Assembly (NCBI GenBank): GCA_018238625.1
Contig: JABCSY010000003.1
Span: forward strand, 23,897-87,896
DNA: 64,000 nt
Direction: 5' to 3'
Source: Promethearchaeota archaeon
GTDB taxonomy: Archaea; Asgardarchaeota; Lokiarchaeia; Sigyniarchaeales; SOKP01
Shown here: positions 46,594 to 57,711 of the stretch, piece after piece
Layout of the letters: the number at the start of each line of letters is the position of its first letter
Position numbering within the stretch: the first letter of the stretch is position 1
Translations under genes and position numbers: made by a program
The notes under the pieces: model-generated
Databases searched by the model: none
Seen by the model: the letters and a program-made list of their open reading frames with translations, nothing else
What the model was told of the DNA's origin: nothing

Positions 46594-47892
46594 TTAATCC
46601 TCCTCAATTAGTACCTCTGGTCGAGGAATCACATCAATTGTTATCGATTTGCAATCCAGGTTTATGCCGGACTCTTCTAGGTTTATTTTCAATTCAAGCA
46701 TTTCGCTTGGGATGACATAAATTTTCTTTCTTTTATAGATTATGCTATTATTTTCGTCTTTAAATTGAATAAGAACCCTTCTGTCGGGGTATCTAACTCT
46801 GAAAGAAAAATTTATTTCTTCTGATAAATTTCGTTTGTTGATAATATCTGGTTTAACGTAATTTACATTTTCGCCCGGAACACACTTGATTATTTCCTTC
46901 TTCATTAATTCTTTACCATCCCTCGAGTTGATATACTCTATTGCGTTTTTTCCAGCTCGTTTAGCCTCAGCAGTTACCAAATCCACTAAATCGTGAACTT
47001 GTAATACGTTTCCACAAGCAAATATACCTTCAATGGTAGTTTCTAAATTCTCATCAACTACAGGTCCTCCGTTTTTTGATAATTCAGCTCCCGCTTGCAG
47101 CGTTAACTCATTTTCAGGAATTAACCCAACAGATAATAACAAAGTGTCGCATTCAATGAATTTATCTGAACCTATTATTCTATCAAAGTTTCTACCTACT
47201 TTTGAAATGGTAACTCCTTTTATGCGATCTCTTCCGTGGATTCGGGTTACTGTATAGCTCGTTATAAGGGGGATCCCATAATCTTCTAAGCACTGAACTT
47301 GATTTCGAAGCAATCCACTTACATAAGGCTGAATTTCCACCACAGCCTTAACTGTACAACCTTCCCAAGTCAATCTTCGAGCCATTATCATTCCAATATC
47401 TCCACTTCCCAAAATCACGTAAGTATTTCCGGGTAGATACCCTTCGATATTAACAAACCTTTGAGCTTGCCCGGCCGTATAAATACCCGCTGGTCGAAAC
47501 CCTGGAATGTTAATCGCTCCTCTTGTTTTTTCCCTACAACCCATTGCTAAGATAATTGCTTTTGCTTCAACTTCAATTAACCCTTCCTTTTTGTTCACTG
47601 CATATAATTTTTTATCTTTAGTAATTTCAATTACCATTGTATCTAAAATAAAGGGGATCTTTAGATCTTTAGCTTTATTTATGAATCTTTGAGCGTACTC
47701 AGGTCCAGTCAATTCTTCCTCGAATTCCTTAAGGCCAAAACCATTGTGAATGCATTGTAGGGTTATCCCTCCTAACTCTTTGTCTCTCTCGATAATTAAA
47801 ACGCTTAATTTCGCTTTTTTTACTTCTATAGCTGCCGCAAGCCCGCCCGCTCCAGCGCCTATAACTACAACATCCGCTTTATATTTCTTCAT
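46594..47892 (-). CDS. FAD/NAD(P)-dependent oxidoreductase, partner of the GlpA-like subunit
   Basis: GAGAGG, QCIHNGFG, LTGPEY, GSGDIG and GNVLQVHDLVD motifs. Confidence 0.9.
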   Translation of the reverse strand: MKKYKADVVVIGAGAGGLAAAIEVKKAKLSVLIIERDKELGGITLQCIHNGFGLKEFEEELTGPEYAQRFINKAKDLKIPFILDTMVIEITKDKKLYAVNKKEGLIEVEAKAIILAMGCREKTRGAINIPGFRPAGIYTAGQAQRFVNIEGYLPGNTYVILGSGDIGMIMARRLTWEGCTVKAVVEIQPYVSGLLRNQVQCLEDYGIPLITSYTVTRIHGRDRIKGVTISKVGRNFDRIIGSDKFIECDTLLLSVGLIPENELTLQAGAELSKNGGPVVDENLETTIEGIFACGNVLQVHDLVDLVTAEAKRAGKNAIEYINSRDGKELMKKEIIKCVPGENVNYVKPDIINKRNLSEEINFSFRVRYPDRRVLIQFKDENNSIIYKRKKIYVIPSEMLELKINLEESGINLDCKSITIDVIPRPEVLIEED

Positions 47893-49361
47893 TCTTCTTC
47901 ACCCCCATTTAAACGAAGTAGCGCAATTTCTTTCGTTTTAGCCACAAGAAAGTTTGTATCTTCTCCTCTCTTCGTTACATTCTCATAGGGAATATTTAAT
48001 TCTCTAGACAGAATCTCAATAACACGAGGGCGACAGAATCCAGCTTGGCAGCGTCCCATACCAGGCCTACATCTGAATTTAACTCCGTCCACAGTGGTCG
48101 CACCTACAGGTGAGTGTATGGCATTAAGAATTTCTTTTTCTGGAATATTTTCACACCGACAAATAATTCTTCCCCAAGCAGGATCTTCTTTTATTTTCCT
48201 GTCTAATTCTTCCTTATTAAAATCTTTAAACCTTTCTGGTTTTGGTCGCATTGGATTATAATCTTCTTTAATTTTAGTGTTTGCTCCTAATAATTCCAGA
48301 AATTCTACAACTCTTTCAGCAATAGCATAACATGACGTTAAACCAGGAGATAAGATGCCAACTACGTTAATAAACCCATATACATCTGTACTATCAATTA
48401 TGAAATCATAGGTACCTGGTATTGCCCTTAAGCCTGCAAAATTTCTAATGGAGGCCCTTACGGGCATTTTAGGAACTAGTTTACTACCCCCTTCTAATAT
48501 TTCCTTTAAACCAGCTTCAGTAGTCGAAATATCTTTTTTATCAGTAATATTAAGAGCGTTAGGGCCAACAAAAGTATTTCCACTAACAGTTGGGCAGACT
48601 AAAATTCCCTTAGATACTTTAGTGGGCGTAGGAAACAAAATTTTATTTAGGTGCATCGCGTTCCTATCAAAAAGGATATATTCTCCTTTTCTAGGCATTA
48701 GTTTGAAATAATCTAGACCTACCATTTTTGAAATCTTTAACCCATATAATCCCGCAGCATTAATTACGTTGTTAGATTTGAATTCGTCTGTTTTAGTTTT
48801 AATCACAAATACATAATTTTGATGCTTAATTCGTCTTACTTTTTGTTTCCGGAAGAATTTTACGCCGTTCATAGCTGCATTTTCAGCTAGCGCGTAGGTC
48901 ATCTCATATGGACTTACAATCCCTGCCGATGGGGCGTGTAATACGCCAACGGCTTCATCTGTAAGATTAGGTTCCATGTATTTAATTTTTTCTTTATCTA
49001 AAATTAATTCTAAGCCTGGAACTCCATCTTGAGTACCTAATTTTCTTTCTTCTTCAAGTTTTTTTATCTGACTATCTTCTAAAGCGACGACAAAAGAACC
49101 GATTCTTTGAAAAGGAAAGTTTAGCTCTTCTGCAGCTTGACTATATAATTTATTCCCTTTTATACACATATCCCGCTTAATGTATTCTCTTGGTGATGCA
49201 TAACCCGCGTGTACGACTCCAGAGTTGGCCTTGGTAGTACCTGAAGCTATATCTGCTTCTCTCTCTAATAAAGCTACCTTAAGATCGTATTTTGATAAAG
49301 TTCGTGCGATGCAACAACCAATTACACCGCCCCCAATAATTATAATGTCATATACAGTCAA
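47889..49361 (-). CDS. GlpA-like FAD-dependent glycerol-3-phosphate dehydrogenase / L-2-hydroxyglutarate oxidase family with BFD-like [2Fe-2S] domain
   Basis: GGGVIG, TTKANSGVVHAG, SPGLT and ICRCE...GMGRCQAGFC motifs. Confidence 0.85.
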   Translation of the reverse strand: MTVYDIIIIGGGVIGCCIARTLSKYDLKVALLEREADIASGTTKANSGVVHAGYASPREYIKRDMCIKGNKLYSQAAEELNFPFQRIGSFVVALEDSQIKKLEEERKLGTQDGVPGLELILDKEKIKYMEPNLTDEAVGVLHAPSAGIVSPYEMTYALAENAAMNGVKFFRKQKVRRIKHQNYVFVIKTKTDEFKSNNVINAAGLYGLKISKMVGLDYFKLMPRKGEYILFDRNAMHLNKILFPTPTKVSKGILVCPTVSGNTFVGPNALNITDKKDISTTEAGLKEILEGGSKLVPKMPVRASIRNFAGLRAIPGTYDFIIDSTDVYGFINVVGILSPGLTSCYAIAERVVEFLELLGANTKIKEDYNPMRPKPERFKDFNKEELDRKIKEDPAWGRIICRCENIPEKEILNAIHSPVGATTVDGVKFRCRPGMGRCQAGFCRPRVIEILSRELNIPYENVTKRGEDTNFLVAKTKEIALLRLNGGEEE

Positions 49362-49516
49362 GAAATTTACCTCTCGAATTTTAAAGAGTGAATTAAAAAG
49401 TTTAAGTAATAAAACAAGTTATTTCTTTAAAATTTATTTGGAAGGTTAATATTTTCTAAGATAATTATCATTAATAGGAAAAAATTTAATAATCCCATAT
49501 TTATTCGCTTTCGTAA

Positions 49517-49849
49517 TTAAACAAAGAAAAACCACATAACATTAAATACTAGTGCTATAATAATCAGAGCTATAGATACGGGGTTAATAATTGTATTTCT
49601 TAAGGCTCTTGCGTATTTTACGTCTATATCTCCTTTTAATAATGTATTAACTGATTTATATCTCGAATTTATTGCTTCTTTAAGGTGATAAGAACCCAAG
49701 AATTGAGGTTTTGTTAAGCTTTTGAGATGAGCGTTATGATTGCTTGCAGGAAAGAGATTTAACTTATTATTATTAAGAATATCTTCATAATCTCTTATTA
49801 TATGGGGTTTATTTGGCACTTTATCGCGTTTATTATTAATTTCATTCAT
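49517..49849 (-). CDS. Small protein with a C-terminal TM segment
   Basis: 110-aa ORF with a hydrophobic tail. Confidence 0.55.
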   Translation of the reverse strand: MNEINNKRDKVPNKPHIIRDYEDILNNNKLNLFPASNHNAHLKSLTKPQFLGSYHLKEAINSRYKSVNTLLKGDIDVKYARALRNTIINPVSIALIIIALVFNVMWFFFV

Positions 49850-49938
49850 TTGAGGTATATCTAACCTATTTTATTTTGCTCATGTCTTAATATCATTTCG
49901 CTCTTAAATTTTTAATGGTTATTTTAAATAACAAACAA

Positions 49939-50349
49939 CTACCAAAAGGCGTCTTTCAGGTTTTTGATAGGTTGTTTTTCTAAAGATTTATCAATGTGAT
50001 CGCCAAAATCAGAAAAATAATTCACATCGCTATCCCAATTTACTAATATTTCGCTATAGACTTCAAAAAACACATCTGATATTCGCTTTAATTCATCAAT
50101 CACTTTTTTCTCTTTTGTTTTGTTTAAAGAACTCCCAATAAATAGAAAATTTCTTCGTTTTACAATTACAAAACGAAGATCCGACATTTCGAAATTAGAG
50201 ATCCCTCCGTCAGTAAGTTTTTCCGCAAATGTGTTGAGTGCACTCATCAATCCGCCGAAAAGTTGGGGGTTAATTGTTGTATCAAAAACTCTCGAGAATA
50301 GTACCACGCCATTATCTGTAAGAATCCACAAATCCTTTAAGATTTTCAA
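49939..50349 (-). CDS. Longin/roadblock-like domain protein (eukaryotic signature)
   Basis: LWILTDNGVVLFSR...QLFGGLMSALNTFA longin pattern. Confidence 0.75.
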   Translation of the reverse strand: MKILKDLWILTDNGVVLFSRVFDTTINPQLFGGLMSALNTFAEKLTDGGISNFEMSDLRFVIVKRRNFLFIGSSLNKTKEKKVIDELKRISDVFFEVYSEILVNWDSDVNYFSDFGDHIDKSLEKQPIKNLKDAFW

Positions 50350-50527
50350 AATTTATCACAAGTTTCAGTCTATCTTTTATCCCACTTCTATATTAGAATA
50401 TGGTGTTTTATTATATTTAAAAAATCATTTTTAGAAATTTTTATTACTGTATTAAACATAGGAAAGGAAAAAAAATAAAAATTTGTTTTTTTTATACTAT
50501 ATAATAACATTAGAAAACAAAAAAGTT

Positions 50528-51409
50528 ATGATTTGGAAAACAAAAATAACCGAAATGGCGGAAATAAGGTACCCAATAATAATGGGTGCCTTTGCAGCGA
50601 TAGGTTGTGCTAAATTTGCAGCCGCATTTTCCAATGCAGGCGGTTTAGGAATAATTACGGCAATAAATTACCCTACAATCGAAGATTTTCAAAAGGAACT
50701 TGAAATAACATCTAAAATTACCAAAAAACCTTTTGGAGTAAATTTTACAATTACGCCACCTTATCTTGCAAAAAAGGGGCGTGGAAAAACTGAAGAATCT
50801 TACAGTGATTTTTTGGATATATCTATTGAGAAGGGAGTTAAGGTATTCACGACTTCTGCTTACCAAACACCATATTTAGGAAAAAGAATTAAGGACGCTG
50901 GTTGTTATTGGTTTCATAAATGTACAACTATTAAGCACGCAATGGCGGCCCAAAAGAGAGGGGCTGACGCCATTACAATTGTAGGTCTTGAGGGGACCGG
51001 ATTTAAAAACCCTAACCAAAACACAACTTTAGTAAATATAACAATGGCGCGTAGGTTGTTAAGTATCCCAATTATTGCTGCGGGGGGAATTGGGGACGCT
51101 AGGGGGTTTCTTGGCACGTTAGCCATGGGAGCAGACGCTGTATGTTTAGGAAGCTCGATTATAGCCACAGAAGAGAGTCCCGCTTCAAAAAGATGGAAAG
51201 CTCAGGTATTAAATCAAGATATATTTGACGAGAAATATTACAAAAAAATATTTCATCTTGAATTAAAAGATTCACCTATAGCGTCAATGGCGATAGGGCA
51301 TGTGGATAAAACATTACCACTAAAAGAATTTATTGGGAATATAATTAACGAGGCGGAACAAATCCTAAAAGCTTGGGGTTATAAGGGTGAAGTATTTAAC
51401 ACGCTATAG
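50528..51409 (+). CDS. Nitronate monooxygenase / FabK-like flavin oxidoreductase
   Basis: YPIIMG, SNAGGLG, KPFGVN and IIAAGGIGD motifs. Confidence 0.88.
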   Translation: MIWKTKITEMAEIRYPIIMGAFAAIGCAKFAAAFSNAGGLGIITAINYPTIEDFQKELEITSKITKKPFGVNFTITPPYLAKKGRGKTEESYSDFLDISIEKGVKVFTTSAYQTPYLGKRIKDAGCYWFHKCTTIKHAMAAQKRGADAITIVGLEGTGFKNPNQNTTLVNITMARRLLSIPIIAAGGIGDARGFLGTLAMGADAVCLGSSIIATEESPASKRWKAQVLNQDIFDEKYYKKIFHLELKDSPIASMAIGHVDKTLPLKEFIGNIINEAEQILKAWGYKGEVFNTL

Positions 51410-51484
51410 GATTTAATAATTAAAGTTAAAAGACTATAAATTTTTTATTATTTTATATAAATCATCTAATTTTACGCGATTCTA

Positions 51485-52771
51485 ATGAAATTTGATTACG
51501 GTAAAAATGGAATTGAAGTCTCACTCGATCCTAGTTGGAACACGACAATATTTCGCCCGTCGAAACAAGATATAATTGAAGATCCAATTAACGCTATTAG
51601 AAATGCCATCAGAAATCCAATAGGGACACCTTCTTTAGAAAAAATTGTAAAAAGTAAGAAAGAAATAAAATCTGTTTGCATTGTAGTTTCAGACTCTACA
51701 CGTCCCGTTCCATCTCATCTCCTTCTAAAGGGGCTTTTAAAAGAATTAAGCGATTGTGGACTTCAAGAAGATAAGATTTTAGTTTTAATTGCGACTGGAT
51801 TACATCGTACATCTCGTAAAGACGAATTAGAAGGGATTTTAGGAGAACATCTAACAAGCAACATGAAAATCGTTGATCACATCGCAAGAGATAAAAATTC
51901 GCTCACATTCTTAGGAAATACAAGCAAAAATATACCCATTTATATCAATAAACATTATTACGAAAGCGATTTGAAAATCTTAACAGGCTACGTCGAACCT
52001 CACTTTTTCTTCGGTTTTTCAGGGGGAAGAAAGTCCATTATTCCGGGAATCGCAGGCGCTGAAACTATCTTGGCAAACCATTCGGCGGAAAATATAGCTT
52101 CCCCTAACGCTCGTTTTGGAGTTTATAAGAATAATCCTATGGCTGAAAACTCAACTGAGATTGCTAAACAAGTAGGAGTAGATTTCGTTGTAAATGTATC
52201 CATCAACGAAAAACACGAAATCACACAAATTGCTGCAGGTGATTTTGAAAGAGTCCACAAAAAACTTGTTAATTATCAACTTAAGCACATTTTCAAGGAA
52301 ATTCAAGAATCATTTGACATCGTTGTGTGTGGTAATGGTGGACATCCCCTAGATCTTAACTTATATCAAGCTGTAAAAAGTATGGCAATTGGTGAAATGG
52401 CAGTTAAAAAAAACGGAACGATAATCTCAGTCAATGAATGTGCTGAGGGAATTGGTGGTGGGCAAGATGAGTTTAAAAAATTGCTTTATTCTGATATGTC
52501 CCCAGAAGTGATTTACAAAAAAATCCTAAACAAAGAAATCGTAGTACCTGACCAATGGGAAATTCAGGTTTTAACCAGAATAATGATGACGGCAGAGATA
52601 TATATCGTTTCTAAAATGAAAGAAGATGAGATCGGAAACATTGGTTTAAAACATGCAAAAACTGTCGAAGAAGCGATAAAAATTTCTTTAAATAAGCATG
52701 GATCTAAAGCAAAGATATTATTTCTACCTAATGGGCCACAAATCCTTCCGATTCACAAACACATGATTTAA
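51485..52771 (+). CDS. larA: Nickel-pincer-dependent lactate racemase family protein
   Basis: SDSTRP, ATGLHR, PHFFFGFSGGRKS and DLNLYQAVK motifs. Confidence 0.92.
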   Translation: MKFDYGKNGIEVSLDPSWNTTIFRPSKQDIIEDPINAIRNAIRNPIGTPSLEKIVKSKKEIKSVCIVVSDSTRPVPSHLLLKGLLKELSDCGLQEDKILVLIATGLHRTSRKDELEGILGEHLTSNMKIVDHIARDKNSLTFLGNTSKNIPIYINKHYYESDLKILTGYVEPHFFFGFSGGRKSIIPGIAGAETILANHSAENIASPNARFGVYKNNPMAENSTEIAKQVGVDFVVNVSINEKHEITQIAAGDFERVHKKLVNYQLKHIFKEIQESFDIVVCGNGGHPLDLNLYQAVKSMAIGEMAVKKNGTIISVNECAEGIGGGQDEFKKLLYSDMSPEVIYKKILNKEIVVPDQWEIQVLTRIMMTAEIYIVSKMKEDEIGNIGLKHAKTVEEAIKISLNKHGSKAKILFLPNGPQILPIHKHMI

Positions 52772-52824
52772 ATCGGTAAATTGGTATCTTTATATAAGAA
52801 ATGTCGACTTAAAAAAGGATTAAT

Positions 52825-53856
52825 ATGGAATTAGCGCACGCAATTATTTATCTTGATTTGAACCAAGATAAACCAAAGATTAACTTTTGGTATCCACACG
52901 ATCTTCCTGAAGGCATCCGAAGATTTATCGGTGACGAATGCTTTTCAATTATATCAGGAGATTCAACTTTCATCCCTGAAGTTCTCTTAATTTTTCCTAT
53001 TGCGTCTTTAAAGTTAAAAGTATTGATCAAATATTTTAAAAGGGAAGATAACACTAAAATAGGGGGCTTTTCAAAGTCAGCTATAACTTTTTTATTCGAT
53101 GAAAAAGACGATCATATTTATTACAGGTATATGAGTTATATTGATTCGTACGTTAGTAAAGCTGTTAGCGCAATTATCGACTTAGAGAATAATGTATTCA
53201 AAGAAGATTTAATCTACGATGAGGTCGTTAAGTTACAGCATACGCTATGCGAGTTAACCGATTATTTACGTTCTAAAAGCGAGTACGTTTCAAAACCGGA
53301 AGAAACTTCTGAAACGACACTTGGTGTTAAGAAGTTAGAAGAAAAGCAGTTAGAAAAAAAGAAATTTAAAGTAGTAGTATTAGGAGATCCTAGCGTTGGA
53401 AAGACATCTACTATTCTTAGATTCACCGACAATGTATTTCTTAGGGCATATATCCCCACAATGGGGCTAAATATTACTCAGAAGGTCTTTGATATTGATA
53501 AAAACGCTGTTGAATTAGTGTTATGGGATATTGGAGGACAAACTAAGTTTGAGGTTATAAGGAAGAAGTTTTATGAAGGAATGAGCATGATTCTCTTACT
53601 GTTTGATTTAACAAACCCAATGTCTTTTGCAAATGTTCCCAAATGGCATCAAGATATAAAAAATTATTTCAATGATCAAAAGATTGAAGGTTATCTTATT
53701 GGTAATAAGAACGATTTAGTGAAAGAAAGAATTGTAAGCGAGAAGGATGCGGTTAGACTCGCAGTCGCGTTAGACCTTGATTACATCGAAGTTTCTGCGT
53801 TAACTGGCTATAATATTGAAAAAATTTTCCATAAGATCGCAAGGAACCTACTATAA
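52825..53856 (+). CDS. Rab-like small GTPase with N-terminal longin/uDENN-like extension
   Basis: GDPSVGKT, YIPTMG, WDIGGQ, GNKND and VSALTG motifs after a 175-aa alpha/beta N-domain. Confidence 0.88.
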   Translation: MELAHAIIYLDLNQDKPKINFWYPHDLPEGIRRFIGDECFSIISGDSTFIPEVLLIFPIASLKLKVLIKYFKREDNTKIGGFSKSAITFLFDEKDDHIYYRYMSYIDSYVSKAVSAIIDLENNVFKEDLIYDEVVKLQHTLCELTDYLRSKSEYVSKPEETSETTLGVKKLEEKQLEKKKFKVVVLGDPSVGKTSTILRFTDNVFLRAYIPTMGLNITQKVFDIDKNAVELVLWDIGGQTKFEVIRKKFYEGMSMILLLFDLTNPMSFANVPKWHQDIKNYFNDQKIEGYLIGNKNDLVKERIVSEKDAVRLAVALDLDYIEVSALTGYNIEKIFHKIARNLL

Positions 53857-54138
53857 TTTAAAAATATTGAATATTAAATTTAAACGACAATTCAACAATT
53901 CATTCTACAGTTCGACGATTTAATTCTATAACAATCATATTCGTGATAATATCTTAAAAGAATTATCAAATAGAAGTAAAGAAAAACTTTCTTTAAATGT
54001 CAACTTATAAAAAATAAATTAGTGCGCTTCCCATTACATACCCGCAAATTTCATGTTCTGACGACTGTAACAATTCTAAACAAAAACACTTATAAATAGT
54101 GGCGTTACATATTTTATACTAATAGAAGAATAATAGAT

Positions 54139-54162
54139 TATTTGTAGTAATATTTGTAGTAA
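54139..54162 (+). repeat. 12-bp tandem duplication upstream of tfb
   Basis: TATTTGTAGTAA x2, downstream of a TATA-like TTATAAATA at ~54090. Confidence 0.7.
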
Positions 54163-54293
54163 CTTTTCAAAACTATTTTTTTCAAAATAACTTATAGAAT
54201 ATTATGATTAAAATTAAGTGCGAAAGTTTGTGTTTATAATAATATTGAATAATCATTATTAATCAAAATTGTAAAAAATTAATAATAATAGAA

Positions 54294-55226
54294 GTGAAAA
54301 AAATGTCATATAAAGACCGCCTACGATCTACAAAGGTTAGTTCAGACGAGAACGGTGTCGCAGAAAGTTGTTGCGAAAGTCCTTGCATTGAATCGAAAGA
54401 TGGCGATGTAGTTTGTTTAAACTGTGGAATGATCCAGAGTAGAAATTTAGTAGGAAACGAGAGGCGCGCTTATACCGTAGAAGAAGTGAACAAGCGCCGT
54501 AGGACCGAACCGCGATGGAGGGAATTTGGACCGAGAACAATGTTGCCCAACTCGAAGATCGATTCAAAAGGACGTTTAATTAACGCAAAAGGAAAGACTT
54601 TATTCTCCAGACTTTCAAAAATTCAGAATTCTCTAATTTCTAGCATAGAAAGAAACTTTTGGGAAGCTAAACCTAAGTTGAAGATGCTCACCTCTAAGAT
54701 GAATATCCCTGAGTACATTAAAGAAACAGCTTGGAAGATTTATAGCCTCGTAGCTAGAAAGAAGTTAACGATGGGAAGATCAATTGATGGTTTCATTGCT
54801 GCCTCATTATACGCCGCGATCAGAGTACACGAATTTCCACGATTGTTGGAAGAAGTGTGCGACGCTTCAATGACCCCTCGTAGAACAGTCCACAGAAGCT
54901 TAGGCATGATTGTGAAAGAAGTTTTACCCGAATTAAATTTACGGTACAAACCTATCACTGCAGAGCAGCTCGTCTTTCGGTTCGGAAACGATTTAGGTTT
55001 ACCGATGGAAGTCCAAAAGAAAGCAATCAACATGCTCTCAGAAGCTTCGAAAAACGGATTGATGCGCACAGGAAAAGACCCAAAAGGCTTAGCGGCAAGT
55101 GTTATTTACATGGCGGCAAAATCAAGTAACTGCCGAAAAACACAAGCCGAAGTAAGTGGAGTAGCTAAAGTTACAGAGGTTACATTGCGAAGCCGCTCCA
55201 AACAGATAAAACTGAAGTTAAACTAA
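54294..55226 (+). CDS. tfb: Transcription initiation factor IIB
   Basis: Zinc ribbon (CC...CLNCG), two cyclin repeats (GRS, GKDPKG) and HTH TQAEVSGVAKVTEVTLR. Confidence 0.95.
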   Translation: MKKMSYKDRLRSTKVSSDENGVAESCCESPCIESKDGDVVCLNCGMIQSRNLVGNERRAYTVEEVNKRRRTEPRWREFGPRTMLPNSKIDSKGRLINAKGKTLFSRLSKIQNSLISSIERNFWEAKPKLKMLTSKMNIPEYIKETAWKIYSLVARKKLTMGRSIDGFIAASLYAAIRVHEFPRLLEEVCDASMTPRRTVHRSLGMIVKEVLPELNLRYKPITAEQLVFRFGNDLGLPMEVQKKAINMLSEASKNGLMRTGKDPKGLAASVIYMAAKSSNCRKTQAEVSGVAKVTEVTLRSRSKQIKLKLN

Positions 55227-55531
55227 ACTGTTTAGAACTAATCTAAGTATATTTTTTATTTTCTTTTTTCATTATTTTTTTTACCTTATTTAGAATAATC
55301 CAATTTAAAACTATAGTAAAGGGGTCTTAGCTTTTTTTTAAAGATTTGTATTTAAGATTTTACAATTATACTTTGGATTAATAGGTGCGACTATATTGTA
55401 AATTTACTATATAGACCAATGACAGCCGAGCAACTATTAAACTAACTACATTAGGACTCTAGGGCTTTTTTTCTAATTTTTTTTTCTTTATTATTTTTCA
55501 TTAACTTTCTATTTTTTTTATCTTATTTTTG

Positions 55532-55639
55532 TTAGCGATGAGTGTTATTTACATGGCGACAAAATCAAGTAACTGTAGAAAAACACTAGCAGAAGTAAGC
55601 GGTGTAGCTAAAGTCACGGAAGTTAAAAACGTTAAGTAA
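55532..55639 (+). pseudogene. Diverged duplicate fragment of the tfb 3' region (possible 33-aa mini-ORF at 55538-55639)
   Basis: 55532-55625 aligns without gaps to 55089-55182 (81/94 identical). Reads MSVIYMATKSSNCRKTLAEVSGVAKVTEVKNVK*. Confidence 0.85.
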
Positions 55640-55980
55640 GTAATTTTTTTATTATCTTTTTTTTTTCTTTTTTCATTTCATTATTTTTATCCATTTTATC
55701 ATAAAGAGGTTTTGTAACCATCAATCCACGATAAAGTATTAATTTAAATAGCTTAAAACTGCGTTCAAGTGCAGAACTTAAGATATAAAAATCTTTGTAT
55801 TTTTAATTTATACTCCTTTTTGAACAGATAAGATAAAATATAGTTATCTTTAATTAGCGTTTATTTTTTATTTTAATTAATAATAAGGATTTAAATCAGC
55901 GAGTTAAGATATCATTATAAGCTTGGTTGAACATGTACACGAGTCCCAATTAAGAAGTCACACTAATGTAAGCGGTTTTC

Positions 55981-57711
55981 TTGAATTTAAAATATACTAT
56001 TCGGAAATTTAAAGGCATTATTACTATAAAGAATGTAAGTTATTCCTTACTTTTATTAAATCTGTTTTGTATTGTCTCAGGGATACTATATTTAGCAATT
56101 CCTAAATATTTGCTACTATGGGACGTATTTGGGATAATTTTAACAATTGCTCTATATGAAAACCTCTTATTGGTTTACCTTAATCTGTTGAAGGTTAACA
56201 AAAGGAGTAAATTAGGATATAGATTGTATATAATGTGTTATTTCTTTCTAGTTTTTATAATATTGGCTATGTTTGGTATGATGCAAGGAAATTTGTTAAG
56301 CTCTAATGCAATTTCAAATGTTTTTTTAGGGGGGTATGCATTGACTTATCTCAGTTACTTTGGAATTTTAACATTTGGTATTTTCTTGGTTTTAATTGAT
56401 ATTTTAACCAGAAGAAATCCTGAGATATGGGGGATTGAAAATAAAAGCAACAGCAGAAAATCCATGAAAATTGAAAGATTAAAACACATTTTTAAGAATA
56501 TAATAATAAAAGTTGCTTGGATCGGTTTCATTTTTGGAGGTTTTTGTGCTTTTATAACGCTTTTTGGCGTGTTTGAGTTTGTAACAACCCAAATTGCTTA
56601 TATATCATCTCAATATGGATTATTCTTGTCGTTTATTTTCCTATCTAATATGATCATTCTATTAAAATTAAAGCGGGGAAAATGGGACAGAAAGAAATTT
56701 CGTAGAGTAGCTCTCGCAGGAATTTTTATTTCTACCGCATTGTTAATTCCTTTATTTATGTCAAATATCACAGCAATAAATGCTGAAGAAAATTTTTCAA
56801 AGGCATTTGGTCAAAATTGGCAGCAGGAAATTCCCTCAGAAACGAACGAGTACTTTTTACAAACCTCGTTTTCGACAGCAGGATATTATTTAGGAATTCC
56901 TCCTAAGGATTGCAAAATAATAGAAAATGTTTTATTTTACGATAATGAAAGCATTAAATTGTATTTTGATGTATATATGCCATTAGAGAGAGGTGAAGGT
57001 CTTCCAGGGCAGAATTCCACATTAATTCGGATTCACGGCGGTGGTTGGGTATCAGGCGATAAAGGAGGATCGAATATGGTACAGATGAATAAGTATTTCG
57101 CGGCTCAAGGGTATATAGTATTTGATATTCAATATGGTTTGTATGATTCCCCGATTGCTATTATGGATTTTATTACCCCTAGTTATAATAAAGGAGATTT
57201 TAATATTAACGACATGATTCGTCATATTGGTGAATTTACTAAATATCTCACTGAAAATGCAGATATTTACGGTGCTAATTTGGACTCTGTTTTCATTAGT
57301 GGAGGCTCTTCAGGAGGGCATCTCGCAAGTGCAGCAGGTTTAGCGATAGCGAGTGGAAACTATTCAAATATATTTAGTCAGAACCTAACAATAAAAGGAT
57401 TGATCCCATTCTATCCATCTAATGGTCAGATGGTATATTTTGGAATTGACGGAAAGGAAGAATTTACTAACCCGGCGAAACTAATTGAGCCTGAAAGTCC
57501 ACCTTGCTTAATATTTCAGGGAACTCACGATGTTCTCACCTATTTTGGGATTAGTAATAACTTTAGAAATACTTATTTAGCAAATGGGAATACTAATTGT
57601 GCTATTATCTGGATGTTGTTAGGTGGGCACACAAGTGATTTTTATTTTTCTGGTTATTACAATCAAATATTTTTATATTTTATGGAACGGTTTATGTATC
57701 TTCATAGCTAA
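55981..57711 (+). CDS. Membrane-anchored alpha/beta hydrolase (esterase/lipase)
   Basis: N-terminal TMs, then IHGGGW, GGSSGG nucleophile elbow, QGTHD and GGH. Confidence 0.88.
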   Translation: MNLKYTIRKFKGIITIKNVSYSLLLLNLFCIVSGILYLAIPKYLLLWDVFGIILTIALYENLLLVYLNLLKVNKRSKLGYRLYIMCYFFLVFIILAMFGMMQGNLLSSNAISNVFLGGYALTYLSYFGILTFGIFLVLIDILTRRNPEIWGIENKSNSRKSMKIERLKHIFKNIIIKVAWIGFIFGGFCAFITLFGVFEFVTTQIAYISSQYGLFLSFIFLSNMIILLKLKRGKWDRKKFRRVALAGIFISTALLIPLFMSNITAINAEENFSKAFGQNWQQEIPSETNEYFLQTSFSTAGYYLGIPPKDCKIIENVLFYDNESIKLYFDVYMPLERGEGLPGQNSTLIRIHGGGWVSGDKGGSNMVQMNKYFAAQGYIVFDIQYGLYDSPIAIMDFITPSYNKGDFNINDMIRHIGEFTKYLTENADIYGANLDSVFISGGSSGGHLASAAGLAIASGNYSNIFSQNLTIKGLIPFYPSNGQMVYFGIDGKEEFTNPAKLIEPESPPCLIFQGTHDVLTYFGISNNFRNTYLANGNTNCAIIWMLLGGHTSDFYFSGYYNQIFLYFMERFMYLHS

